From NCBI GenBank assembly GCA_002633005.1, contig NMRA01000243.1, positions 461,718 to 525,717 of the forward strand: 64,000 bases of DNA, read 5' to 3'. This DNA is from Phoronis australis (lineage: Eukaryota > Animalia > Phoronida). Under the pieces are notes generated by a model. That model saw nothing but the letters and a program-made list of their open reading frames with translations, did no database searches and was not told the DNA's origin. The translations under genes and the position numbers were made by a program. Positions 27,070-40,528 of this stretch are shown here, piece after piece. Numbering within the stretch: the stretch's first letter is position 1; the number at the start of each line of letters is the position of its first letter.

Positions 27070-27540
27070 AGGCCCTTTCAAATTGACTTAACTCCGGTCT
27101 GAGGGGGCGTCGACGTAAACAGCGCAGTTAACTGGACTGTTCATGCTGGCTTCGGTAGTTAATGAACATCAAAGTAAGCGGTTGTGTGCCGCTGTCGTCA
27201 TCGAAGGTAGCGTTGCACTCTAGATTTTTTTCAATGTTTCAGTTTGGAAATATTTACATGTGCTAAGTGACATTAAACTTATTTTAAATCGATTGGTTAT
27301 TATTAGAGCAAAATATAAGCAGCTATTATGTGACGGCACTACCTTGTAACTGTTAACGATAACAATGGCACCTGGCGATAACTTCGATTGGACCGGAGTT
27401 AAGCGTTCATACTGCACCGCAGCGTCGACGCTGCGGTCTTAAATCCACCTGTTAACTGCGATCCAGGACCGGAGTTAAGCGTTCATACTGACCGCAACTC
27501 CCCAAACCATCGACGCGTCGACGTTAGTATGAAAGGCGGG
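27070..27540. mobile_element. PIF/Harbinger-like MITE
   Basis: Imperfect TIR ggccctttcaaattgac / gttagtatgaaaggcgg; inverted subterminal motifs ttaactccggtc / gaccggagttaa (twice). Confidence 0.5.
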
Positions 27541-27872
27541 ACATTCGAGTCATGGTCACGGAAGCAAACATGGTTAAATAAATCATGGGTTTTGGTCATT
27601 GAGAAACAAGTGGACCAACCCTAGTATTTCCAATTACTATGCTCAAAAAGGCACCAACAATATCATCTTGTTTGTTGCAAGTTGTTTGCACGACAGACTT
27701 ACAAGTGCCACATGGCATTCATATAGCTGTGTCTGATCCGCTTGGAGCCCCTGCCAAATGAACTGAACAAATTTTTAAAAAATCGGCATTCCCAATTAAC
27801 TATGTCACGCATGTGTTTATTTTCACTTGATGCGCGGTTATTTTGAGCATGCGTAATGGAGCACATGAACTA

Positions 27873-28017
27873 CTGCCTCCCGTTCAGTAACGCTAGGACC
27901 TCGCTAAAAAGCAAGACTTCGCGAGATTACGTGAGATATTGCCGTGCATTTTAAATGAGAACACATGACTTTAACTAGGTCGTAGGTTTTAGCTAGGTCC
28001 TAGCGTAGGTTCTAGCG
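27873..28017. mobile_element. MITE of the GTTCAGTAACGCTAGGACCT family
   Basis: Near-identical to 23079-23235. Confidence 0.75.
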
Positions 28018-29456
28018 GCTGATAAAAGTGCCTCTTTGTGAAAACGTCAACATCGATTCACAAGCACCAAACGCACAAACAATCCAAAAATTATTTCCCA
28101 CTCAATTCCGTGGGTATGTTTCCGTAATGCGCGTACTTTTATTTGTGCCATACGTTAAATTGAAACTTCTCTAATCCAACCAGTTGCACAAAATCTCCAC
28201 GAGAAAATGTATCTCAACCAACGCACCCCACGCATTCAGTGAAGCATTTTGTACACTGTAAACCCCACGGCACCTGCCCACATACTAAGGCATCTCCCCC
28301 AGATAACCTCGCTTTCTGGGCTAGGGGGAGGACAAGAGAAATTGAATGGACATCACGTGTCACGGATGGATGTTGTTTGTTAGCGCAATTACGTCAACTC
28401 ATCCAAAATGTAAGTACATCGGCGAGACGGCTTAGCCCCAGCACGGAACCTGAACGTCCTCCGTTGCCGCCAAACGCTCTACTGACAGCGTTGAAACCCA
28501 CACAGTATACCGACAACTAAACATTTGTTAAAACACCGGCTTTGACTTCAGAAAATGTCTGACAGACAACGGTGAGCATTAGCGATTTGTAATAAAATCA
28601 TCGTTTTAGTTGTTTTATAACTTCGGTCAGTGTCAATAACTTGAAAAAATCTGTTCCTGTCCAACAATAATCATGAAAAGGCGTTTTTCGGCCGTTAACA
28701 CGATAATGCCCCGTTCAGTTAGATTTCATACAACGAATTTAAAACGCTTTAACTTAAGATGTTCTAGCTTAAACTTTAAGATGTTAGTACGATTACAGCT
28801 TTCGATATGAAGTTTCTATCGTTTTAAACTTAACATCGACAGTGCTTGTCCACTGTATCAGTTTAGTAAGACGTCACAGTGTGAAATTTGATGTCGCGTG
28901 CTGATATTTACACCGAATATAAGAAAAGCTCTACAAAAAAATACATTTTTTCGAATTAGATAACCTCTTATTTAAAAAATCAGTATTCAGATGTTTTATA
29001 AATTAGTCAATTTCGTTAAACATCGACTGCTTTACAGCTTTTTGGTAGGCTAGGTCGAACCTTCTTTTAAAAACAGGTCAATAATTCTACATCAGTGATA
29101 CAGTGAATTAGTCGAAATTGGATGCACCATAGCTTTTTATCTGCTGAAAAAGTGACATCGTTTGCACACAGGGTGTCTCAAAACGTATTCAGACAAGTAG
29201 GGCTTCAAAACGCTCAGGCACACATCCTTATAAAAAAAATTGTGACTACAGAAACTACGGATTTTTGAATCAACATTTTTGGTTGTTTACTCTCGCTGGT
29301 TCGTGAAAGATACAGCTGATCATTTTGTCTTCACCTGAAGAGCACTCGTGGACTTGCGGAGAATTGCTGCAACTGGAAACTGAAAACGTCACGGAAGTAA
29401 AAATACAATTCGACTTTAAGACCAGCTGCATTCGATGAGTTGAAAGAGAAAATTGA

Positions 29457-30797
29457 AGGCGAAGACAACCTTTTTTTCATGTCACTTTTAGAAAAAATAA
29501 GGTTCGTTGATTATCCCAGACACATTTTTCACTTAATTACAGCTTTTTGTAATTTGATTAATTTCTCGTCCTCTACTCCGGAAGTGACGTTTTGGGAGGC
29601 AAGAGTTTCGCGCCAATTTCTTTTCATTATAGTCTGACTATGAGGGCTATCGAGTCAGTCATTGTTCTACCTCGGTTGTGATAAGTTCGGTAGTCGTTTG
29701 CTTTTGTTAACAAGTCAGTCAACATGCCACACTATTGCTGCGTGCCGGGATGTTCTCATTATCGTCTCACACGCGCTTTGGGTACCATGCGTCGCTTTCC
29801 GAAGGATGACACACTTCGCCGTACTTGGCTAGCTCGTTCATGTGAAGAACGCAGCGCTACCCGTCCACGCAACGTACGAAGCAGTGAAGGGTTACCGAGT
29901 GTGTGGCAAGCATTTTCTGCCGTCAGATTATGACAGAGATATGTACGCTGAGTTGATGAAGGCCTCTGCGAAACAACACCTGAAGAAGGGTACCATACCG
30001 TCGCTGTTGATTCCCGGCAGTGCCCCGACGCCAACCCCGAGAAGTGCGTTTTTGAAGCGAGAAGCCTCGCGAGCTGTGGCCATTATATACAGTGACTGAA
30101 GGCACTTCATCTGCTGTCACCCGTGCCTCCGAACGTACCCCCATTGCGTGCAATTGCGGGAACTAGCAGTGATTCGCCCTGTGTTGTTGTCTCTAGCTCC
30201 GGCAGAGCCTGTAAGCAGCCCTGCAGCGATGGTGAGTTGTGGGAGTGAATACAGACCCAGTTCGACTCTCAGTGAAGAGCACAGTTCGTCATCCAATGAA
30301 CAGATCGGTGAGCCTAAGTTTGATAAGTTTATTGTGGACTTTTGTATTGGAGCTATTTGGAAGGTGCCAGGTGTGTGACGAGGGAGTCACACGGCGGGAT
30401 GTAAGCAGTTTGGGTGCTCAGATCACCCTCCAGTGGGAGTGTGTCGCGTTACACTCGGGCAAGCGGGACAGTTCTTCCTCTGTACGTGAGACGATAATGA
30501 GCACACCCCAGTACGCAGCAACAGCGTGGCATGTTGACTGACTCGAAAGCAAAAGCAAACGACGACCAAACTTATCACAACCGAGGTAAAACAATGACTG
30601 ACTCGACTGCTGTCACAGTGAGACTATATGAAAAGAAATTGGCTCGAAATTCTTGCCTCCCAAAACGTCACTTCCGGAGTAGACGACAAGTAATTAATTA
30701 AATTACCAAAAGCAGTAAATAAGTGAAAAATATATCTGGGATAATCAACGAACCTTATTTTTGCTAAAAATGACATGAAAAAGGGTTGCCTTCGCCT
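29457..30797 (+). mobile_element. Non-autonomous Kolobok-type DNA transposon, copy 1
   Basis: AGGCGAAG...CTTCGCCT termini with TTGA/TTAA flanks; ~310-bp TIRs (29457-29770, 30486-30797); internal THAP-transposase remnant. Confidence 0.85.
29724..30480 (+). pseudogene. Frameshifted N-terminus of a THAP-domain Kolobok-type transposase
   Basis: THAP C2CH signature CCVPGC...FPKD...W / VCGKHF...LKKGTIPSL split over two frames. Followed by KFIV...LELFGRCQVC...G.......C..LH, the Cys/His block typical of Kolobok transposases. No DDE core present. Confidence 0.85.
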
Positions 30798-33700
30798 TTA
30801 AAGGACCAGATCTTGTAGTACCAAATGAAATGCTTTTGAGTCAATTGGTTCGCGTTATCGACTGTGTTTGGAAAGTGGTAGTCATCAGTTTGAACATTTG
30901 GTAGACGTGCTCTTAGTCATCTATTCATACAATGCGTGATTTATTTTCTGTCAAGGTAACAATGCATTTATTTTGGAGAGGCATGAATCCTTGTTGACCA
31001 TCTCCTTATGGACTGGAGCCAAATAGCTAGCAGGCAATGCAGTAAGTTAATGCCATTTGAAGTATGAGTAGATATTTGGAAATCTTGTATATTCTCCTTC
31101 ACCGGTGTTTGCTTTCGTCTAATTGTAGCTGTATTTTTCACTTTTTAGAGGATAGTGGGCGTGCATTTTGATTGGCAATGAACCTTTCAAAGAAGCAGTG
31201 CCCGACGTGTGACCAAAGTTTTTGTAAGGAGATGAAAATGTGGTATTAATACGCCAGACATATTCTTAGGCATACGCTTAAAAATTTTGTGATCATAGGG
31301 CGAAAAACACGTTCTAAAACGATTCACAACCAATAAATTTGCCTTTGCTGTCTATTCAATGGTGCGTATAATTGACGCCTTTATAATTCCATTGAAGCTT
31401 CATAAATATTGGCTTGTTATCTATTTTTATTAATGATACATACCGCAATCATTTCTCAGATATGAATTGCAATCTGTCTGTGAAGACCCCTTTAAAAAAT
31501 TCCTTTCAAAAGTCATTTGTTAATTTTAGAACCTAGCACACCAAATTACAGTAGGAGCACGTCTTTGTTTTAGCACAAAAACGTCAGGTGGCGCAAGTTA
31601 CTCTGCCGGTTCCACGTTCAGTGTTTACGAAGTGCTTTAAGACATATTATAAGAATTGTTACAGTACAAGACTCTTTGACAGATAATTTTGATTAAAAGT
31701 CAATATCAAGATAAGGCAAAGACTATCACTCGAAGTCGATATTTGCAACTGGTGTACTGTGGCAGATTTACGTTTTCAGTTTGGGGAATTAGGATTCGCG
31801 CGAATCCGAGGTACGTAGCGCCGAGTGGGGAAGAAATTATTTGATTTTTGGAGCTGATATCGTTTTCCTGGCGATGCTTTTTTAATTTTGTTTTTGATCC
31901 TGTCCCTGGGAGCATAGGCCCCCTGAACCCCTCGTAGATCCGCATCTGGTGTTAATGTCTTCGGGTCATGAACGACATTTCATAGCGTACTCCGGTTGAG
32001 TTACTTCTGACGCGGGTACCACCGAAATCTTGGGGACGTGGCGCTGAATCGCATTAGATTTTGCCTGTTGTATTGGCCCAGTTTTACGCTTTAGAATTTC
32101 TTCAACTCGGAAAGTATATTAAAAATCTCAAATGTAAGTAAATTGTTGCCTTCGTCGTCAAAAATTAGCAAAACGCATATGATATTAAAATTAACTTGTT
32201 AACACCTTTGACGAATAATGCGACTTAAGATTTAAGGCAGAAAATTGGTCTTACGCTCGCACAAAATTGCTGACTAAAAAAGTTTTGCCATGTAATTATG
32301 AACTGCCAAGAGATGTTTTACAAAAAGTACCCCAATAACTACATTCATGGTGATATTCTATGATGCTCTTTTCAATTGCTTCAGACATAATCGTGTGGAG
32401 CACAAGACCACTAAACTTCAATATGACGTCATCGCCAAGCCCGTGTATTTGGCTATACATGTACATAAATTTAGATTTTAACTCAGTTAAAATATCATAT
32501 GTTCTGAAAGTCGAAGACTGTAACACTTGATTTTTGAATTTTTACCACTCAGTCATTCATTGGGTCGTTTGACAATGCACTGTTCTTAAAATTTAGCAAA
32601 AGATGGGTACATTGATAGCAAAACGACTGTATCAAAAACACGACCAAACTTCATTTAATATAAATGTTCAACATGAAATATCAGAACACACTGTTACAGT
32701 TTTCTGATTGATCATTTCGTTATCATTTTAGGCTATTTTTGATTTTTTTAAAAAATCACAGAAGTCTTATTTTTGATAGCCCCTCATATAAAAGTGGAGC
32801 ACTTTAAAAACAATTCCAACAGCGTTTTGGAGAAAAGTGGTTAATGCACAGTATCTGAAGTGCGCCACCTGTTGTTGAGACGTTGCAAAATGAACGTAAC
32901 GCGTTCCGTAGAGTAAGATTCTAGCAAGAATATCGAGATCACGCGTGGTTACGGATAATCACGCCAGTGAAAAGGTAAGTGTTTCACGATTAGCTCCGAG
33001 ACTAGCAAAGTGGTCTCCGCCGACGTGATTGATGGGCGAGGCAGGCATGTTGAAATATGGGACAACATTCAGTTTCTTATCTACGTGTCGCCTTAAGTTA
33101 TGAAGCTCACCCCTGGTCAGCAAAAAATAATAAGGGTCACCGAGTGTCTTTTTCGTGCGGCATGTTGAATGAATACTAGAAAATTATTCGAGACATTTTA
33201 TTTTAACTTAAAATGCCAAACAAAACCATAACAAATGAGGCAGAAAATGAACATTTACTTGTTGCTTTCAATTGTTCAAAGTTTCAGTAGTCTGTTACTT
33301 TGCGAAGACAGAACAAACTTTTATCACTTATGTACAAAACGAAAACAGTTGTACACATAGGCGTTTTAGGAGATGGGTCCAACGAGACACGACAAAAAAT
33401 CCTCACCTTGCCGGTTTTGTCTTTTTTAGAGCTTACGCGTACCCTCCCCCCTCCCCCCGTCCCCGGCTTCCCCTAACGGCATGCTTCCTGTAGGTCCGTC
33501 AGTTGTCAAAACTTGATTTGGCATTAAGGAATAAACACTTGTATGAGTCCTAGCCGAAAGTGCTCATTTTCTCATGACTGGATTATCCGTTCCTTTATGA
33601 CTCGTCTTTAATGGAATAGATCGGATGTAGCAAAAAACTATTAGCATTGTTAGTATCAAAGCACACTGCCCTTTTATGCTCGGCTACTTTCATTTCTCGG

Positions 33701-34323
33701 CGACAATCTTTGCTAGCACGCAAGCATACCTGTTGGCATAACATCATTTCAATATCAGTGAACTTTGAATCCTGTGTTATATTCTATTTTATCTTATCCC
33801 TTTTTGTTTCTTGGTATTATAAGTTATGTAATTCACCATTCCTAAATACGGACACTATCACGGATGACGTTTTAGGCATGCGAAATCAGTGGCTTTGTTT
33901 GACAAATCAAAAACAAAATTAATGAGTTGCCAACATGGACAAGACGCATTCATGCAAGTCTCGTCACAGAGGCAGGCCTACACCTGACGTAGGTCCCTTC
34001 GACTTATGACATCTGATAATTGCTGAAGAAACCAAATACAGTTAATTACGCGAACTGAGTCGAGGGGTTTACACTAAATACTGCATATGTATGTGTGTGT
34101 TAATTGATAGAATATAACTGATGTTCGTCATGTCAATTGACGTAAATTGCAGTGGGCTGCTCGCACGCGATCGCGCGCGCGCAAGACGGAGAGTACTTGC
34201 CGGCAATTCTTTGTTGCGAACAATTCAGACGTAGATTTAGCGCCGAGTTCGAATAAAGCTGATGGTTGGTTTAAATTTTGATAAGGAAGGAAAATTCTGG
34301 AACAGCGTTTATAATTCGGGTTC

Positions 34324-34386
34324 ATGAGTGCCAAAAATCGTACAGTGGAAAACATGCCGGGCAAGAACGAGACATCATGGAATATG
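34324..34386 (+). CDS. Host gene: candidate alternative first coding exon B (MSAKNRTVENMPGKNETSWNM)
   Basis: Follows a CpG-rich stretch at 34140-34260; donor ATG|gtaaga; phase-0 end; two N-glycosylation sequons. Confidence 0.45.
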
Positions 34387-34451
34387 GTAAGATAAAATCC
34401 CAAGTGTAATTGAACAGACGAATTGTGACGTTAATATTTTATTTCTTTCAG

Positions 34452-34487
34452 CAGAGAACGCATATGAATCACCTGCGTCTGCCGGAG
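34452..34487 (+). CDS. Host gene: possible 36-bp phase 0-0 exon (QRTHMNHLRLPE)
   Basis: Strong acceptor tttatttctttcag| after a 65-bp intron; the donor GAG|gttaac is weak. Confidence 0.3.
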
Positions 34488-37400
34488 GTTAACTCAAAAA
34501 TCATGTCGTTGTGGTCGGAAGCGAGCTAATGGCATTTTCCGGCGCGTTTTCGTTGAAACTCACCTTCCAGGCTGTAGGCAATGCGAATGCAATCTACAAT
34601 AAAAGTAACTGGAAGTCATTCCACACAAATTCTACGTTTAGCAAGAGACAAAGCAAACCACGGGGAAGTAGCATCGTCCGTCAGTGGTTTCACCTGTTTT
34701 TGGCCAAGACGTCTTCACGATTGCAAAACTCAGCGACGTGGCGTGGTGGCAGACTCAAACCAATTTCACGGAATGTCGTTGATAAATATTAGTAGTTCAT
34801 TTCCGGTTATATTCGTCACTCAATGATAGTTTGATTTTTATTCGGCATTGTGTCTATTAGGCCCTACGTGATAGTTTAACCTAATATTTACTGATATTGC
34901 GTCACGATTTGTATTATCTGTTTCTCTGCTTTTCATATGCTCTTTCGTCACGAATTGAGTTAATAATATGAGATTTTTTGGAGTATTTCTCAATACTTTG
35001 AAGTTTTAGCCAATGAAATGTCTTTGCTCGTACCGATGTCTTACTGCAAGCTATCTATGGCCTAGGGCACTGGACCCAAATTTGATGCCAGTTTGAATCT
35101 CTGGAGTTTTGAAATAACCTCTGTCGTAAGGACCGAGAGAACGACCCCGGAAAAGTGTGCAGGTGACCGTGGGAGGTCGCGGGGAAAAGTCTTAGTCAAC
35201 AAAGGCTCCTAACAGAATTTCCAAATTTGCTAGGAACGTCGATTTTTATAAAGATTTTGTATAAGGAGCATTGCACAACGAGGTCCGTAACTAAGCCGTT
35301 TTTGGGAGCGTTCATATTCCTAGTAAATTCAACGTCATAAAGCACGTCTATTAGATTGGTTCTGTACCCGGAAATTCCTTCGTCAATCCTTGTAATATAA
35401 TTTTACCTCTCTTCACACGCACATTTCTTGTTAAGGTCTCGACTTTGGGACGCACTCTGAGTTTTAGGCAATGCCTCGGTCATTATCGTATGGGGTCTGA
35501 AAACCAACATATTGACCACGTGGCAGTGACAGTCAGTAAGTGCATTTTCCCTGTCCGTGCAGGTTTACTTTGTCATTATATAGACAATGATGATATGCCC
35601 GGAATAATTTGGAATTGTTAATGTTTGTAGCTCGTTAATTGTTAGTCTTTTTTCTGGAGAATATGGCTACTTCTAATTTCATCTTTTGCTCTATTCGTCA
35701 ACCTTCACAATCTCGGTCGACTGCATTATTTTCGAAGATCGGTGTCAGTGGTAGTTTATCGCCTTCAGTCAGTTTCGGATTAGTCTTTAGATGTGCTTTG
35801 TTTCCACTAGTTCAAAGTCTACGGTGAGTCGCACCAGTCAGAAATTTTCACTCTAAGTAGACTGGGTCATTTCATAAATCACAGCCTTGTTTTTCCGTTT
35901 TCTACCCACAATTCAGAGTCATTCAACTGTGGCTGCCATACTGTTAGTGCACCAACAAAATTTAAAAAGTTAAAGTTAAAATTTCTCTGTAAACTCTGTT
36001 TATTAAAAAGTAATAACATGATGAACGAGCATTGAACAAATTAGTTTTGACTAAATTGGTGAGTTTCAATTTTCGTTTTGTAAAGTATGTACTTGAAAGA
36101 AAAAATGATTTTTAAATTTCTTCTGAATACCGTTATAATGTGTCGGTAGAAACGCATGTTATACAACTTCATGATATTCACATTATGTTGTGTTTCTTTG
36201 CTGACGTCATCACGTTATCATATGTCAACTAATCAAAGTCTATTCATAACTGGTGAGTCAATTTCACAAAGCCTGTGAGGCTTACGTGACAGGTAAACGA
36301 CATTTTCAGTCATCAACGTGCTTTATTTGACAAATGCGACGGAAATTGTCAGAAATTTTCAACCTTTACGACATTGACATTACCGTCACCGTTAAGGGTG
36401 TAATTAATCAAGTGTTCTGCTAAAAATGACTTTCGACGTTCATCGATACAAAATTGATACTCCCATGCTCCTTACCCAAATTAGAAGAACTGACCGATTT
36501 TGAGTCTTCAGACCTGACTCATTACGGTTGCTTCTCGCGACAGGTTAGTTTTAATCACCGAAGAATTACTTGTGTTTTATCGTAAGTCGCCGATTTCCAT
36601 TCAAACAGCATCACGTTGGTGTGGAAGAATAAAACGCACGGCTCTTATGAAGTCGGGCAAACCCCGCTCCATGAACTTTCTCAAGATCAAAGTTAAGACT
36701 CAAAAGTAATCTTAGCCTGCCAAGATGGACAGGTACTTTTGTCCTAAATGACAAAAATATATGACTGTAACCACTATAAACTGTTTAAGAAAAAGTTCTA
36801 TTGAAAATTTCTATGTATTTTAAAATCTAGTGGCCCAAACCGTCAAATTAAAGATCGTCTGCTTTCTATTCACTAATCGGCAAAGCACCTCAGAGGAAGT
36901 CTTATGTGACGAGGAGGGTTTCTCATTGGGTCTGCGTAGCGTTGTGTTGTGTGGCTTTCCGAGTCCGCCGAAATTAGTCAGTATACTCAGGAAAAAGTGG
37001 GGGCGTGGGCATGACACGCGCGTGGTGTTACGTGGAGTTGCTCAGATATCAGTAGATTTGCGAACACTTTTTATGCCGAAAGTATACGGAAAATCGAACC
37101 CTGTCACACTTTTGCGTATATCAAAACCTTATAAGCTACTTGTATATTTTTTCAATACGCAATCGTACGCTCAAAATTTTCGATTTCTTCGAATACTGTC
37201 CGCCGAATAACGAAACGCGCGTAAATTTGCGTATGCACTGCGTTGCACTATTCTTTCGTGCTGAGAATAGCGGCGTATACAATGCGCATGTCAAGCGTAC
37301 TCCGGTCGCACCTAACTTATGCCGACCGCATGCCTGACACAATACGTCGGCATTCGCTAAAAATTATTTCAGCTTCCATTTTATCTACGATAAGTACGAT

Positions 37401-37805
37401 AGATCTATGTCTAATATACGCAACTTGTAGCACGTGCCGGGAGATTACCCTATTACCACGCATGAACTAGCTGTTTATCTTCCACGAATTAAAACATAGC
37501 GTACTCGCACTGTGCTCGACCGATGCAGGGTGAACACACCGCTTATTTATAACTTATGATTCTTGCACAACAGCGTACGCAGCGTAATTTTGTGCAGGCA
37601 GAAAACTATCAGGCGCACTGGGTCGTCCTATAAACAAGCGCACAAAATGATCGAGTTGCGGATGATGTGCGTATTTTGCGTACGACTGCGTATGAAAGAA
37701 ATAACAATGCGCAACTTACAAGAAATTGGTATACCCAGGACCTTAACACATGTTTAATTTTCTGTGTCCATATCGCGTATCCCGTTTGCCTTTGGCGCAC
37801 GGACA

Positions 37806-37932
37806 TGTAGGCCAACGTAGGCCAACGTAGGCACAGCGTAGGCACAGCGTAGGCCCAGCGTAGGCCAGCGTAGGCACAGCGTAGGCACAGCGTGGGCATA
37901 GCTTACGAACAGCGTAATCCCAGCGTAGGCAC
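37806..37932. repeat. 10-11-bp tandem repeat (AGGCACAGCGT / AGGCCAACGT)
   Basis: Directly visible; it generates the repetitive CAYAVPTL-type pseudo-ORFs. Confidence 0.85.
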
Positions 37933-39910
37933 ATCGTACTCGATACGCCGCACTACGCAACTCTTCATTGGCCCTGCGTGGAACCCCTTCCTTACCCGCA
38001 CCTCTGAAGCGATATCTTATACATTTTCAAGAAAACGAGATTCCAGTCACACTAATGGCTCTCCAATGTAACTAAACGTCCAATACTGTTCTCAAAACGG
38101 GATTTCATACATCTCCTTTTTAGTTTGGCGAATCTACACCAGCGCATGGTAAACCATGACAAACACCGAGTCAATTTCGGTTAAAATGAAGGCAAAAAAA
38201 CGAAGATGTTTTCTTGAAGCTGTCGTTTCGGAAATAATGTCTTGGATTTTAACTTAGGACGAATTTCGATCTTAATTAAGAAAGTAACACATATTGTGGT
38301 CTCAAAACTTCAGTCTTTTTAGTGGTCCGTTTCGTGAGCCCAAAACTTGGTTTAGAGGGCTTTTAAAAACGATGGGACATCTAAAATTTAAGCTGCATGG
38401 TCACATGCTACTGATCATTTGTGTTAGGATTGAAGCATTTTGATGGTAATGAAGCCCATAAAGTAACACTTAAATAGGCGTAAGAAGTGGGGGCTGAGGG
38501 GGGGGGAGCCCCACTCATGAGCCTGGTGGCAGTGCCTCTCCATTAAACAGATACGTTAGAAGCAGGGGTGTCGAGAGAGACGTGCCTCTTCTCACAATTT
38601 ACACGCGTGAGACCTCAATGAAACCTTTCTGGCGACCGGCATAGGCACAAGGTAGGGGTAGTTGAGAAAAGAAAGTCACGCCTAAAACAGAGAAATCAGA
38701 GTACATTTGCCAACTACCAGTGCTGTATTTATTCTTTGTGGTGCCTCGCCTGGACATTTTTGTTAGAAAGCCCCCATTTTTTAAAAAATGCTTTACGGAT
38801 CGTCTAAAGATCAATGTAATCCGGGCTCTTATTCATACATACTTCGAAAAAGTCCGAGAATCTTGTTATACAAAGATTTTCTACAGTAAATTGATTCAGA
38901 TTTTTTAATTCAAGAAGACAGTTTCTATAGAGATTGTAAAGCTGTATTGCCCCAGGGACCCCTCTCTGATTATAAAGTCACCTGTCACTCTCTTTTCCGT
39001 TTTTTCTTTAAAATTATTTATTATTCCATAAAAATATCAACTCTTGGAGAGTGCCAGCAGAAGGCATCCACGGTTACCTATTTCCTTTTTTTTCTTATTT
39101 ATATCGTTTTATGCAATCCCATTTTTATACATGGGTCATTATGTCGTCATCCTCGTCCGTCGATCCCTCCGTCTGACGTCCCGGCGTTCTACGTCCGCTC
39201 TTCCGCTGTCATATCTCCACTTTGTGGTTGTTCGTGAAATTTTGCTGACATGTTCTTATTGTAGACGGGACGTCGTGAACGAATTTTCGGACGCATCCGA
39301 CTACCCTAGTGACAAATTAAATTTCTACGTTTGCTTCCGTATCTTCGGATTTCCTTGACGGCTTTTCAAGGATTTTTTGCAAATAGGTATCTATTAGGGA
39401 GACGGCACCACCTTCTCGTTTTCGGGTGGATTTGCATATTCTGCGTCACATAGTTGCCGTTTATATTGTTTTTGAGTATGTTGTTGAAGATCACCTTTCT
39501 GTCCCTCAAACCGCTCTAAAGATGATTGGCCTCAAGAATAAGGTCGAGAAACTTAAAAATGAAGGGCACAGACTGGTCCATTCATCACTATCTTTGATTA
39601 CTTAAAATCTTACGTTGATACTTCCTAATGACGGCAACACCTTTATAAGCTCACGTTCCGTGTACACTGCACTGGTGTTCATTTGGAGAAAATGCGAAGC
39701 ACTGATACAAATACTGCATATAAGATACTAAGACTAATTCGTTATGTGCTGAATAATAGCAAAATAACTAAAAGAAACTATTTCGTATTCTCTGCAGCCT
39801 TTTTAAATGCGGAAGTAACGACACCTATCAAGCAAGTCAACTAACTTGACTTTCTAAACGGAAGACAGTTCAGCTTGCACGAAGCCAGTTGTGCGTTGGA
39901 GGTCGGAACG

Positions 39911-40528
39911 TATGGTGGGCCGTTGAGGGGAAAGTGTCGCCGTAAAATTACGCTCGTAATTACGAGCGTAAATTAAATTGCAGGAGTGTCGCCGTACAAT
40001 TACGCTCGTAAATTAAATGGGGAAAAGTTTCGCCGTAAAATTACGCTCGTAATTACGAGCGTAAATTAAATTGCAAAAGTGCTGCAGTAAAATTACGCTC
40101 GTAAATTAAATGGGGGAAATGTCGCCGTAAATTACGCTCGTAAAATACCTTCAGAACGTTCCAAATTTAAACCAGTCAGTGTTGACCTAACATACACGAC
40201 TGTTGCTAGGCAGCTCGTTCTTGCACAATCGCTGACATTGCAGCAGCGATTTGATCCGCCATGATTCAGCGCTCGTACCGTAGACATGTAACCCGTCAGT
40301 AGATAAGTATTTCCATGAGCACGCGCGACCGTGGATTGTAAAACCCAACGTCATAAGCTAAGAGTTTAAACTAAATTACGAGCGTAATTTTACGCCGTAA
40401 AGAATTAAATTACACTCGTAATTTTACGGCGTAATTAACGGCGTAAATAACGCCGTAAATAACGGCGTAATGTACATAATTACGCTCGTATTTTTCCGGC
40501 GACACTTTCCCCCCAACGGCCCATCATA
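39911..40528. mobile_element. Non-autonomous DNA transposon with TAT...ATA termini and 6-bp TSD (IS3EU-like)
   Basis: ~32-bp TIR TATGGTGGGCCGTTGAGGGGAAAGTGTCGCCG; perfect TSD GGAACG at 39905-39910 and 40529-40534; subterminal AATTACGCTCGTAA arrays. Confidence 0.75.

Noticed and set aside
37609-37960. Cys/Ala/Tyr repeat ORFs or a CRISPR-like array
   Set aside because: A simple 10-11-bp tandem repeat with no unique spacers.
39927-40145. CRISPR-like repeat-spacer array
   Set aside because: The intervening sequences are themselves repeated, the array lies inside a TIR/TSD-bounded transposon, and there are no cas genes.
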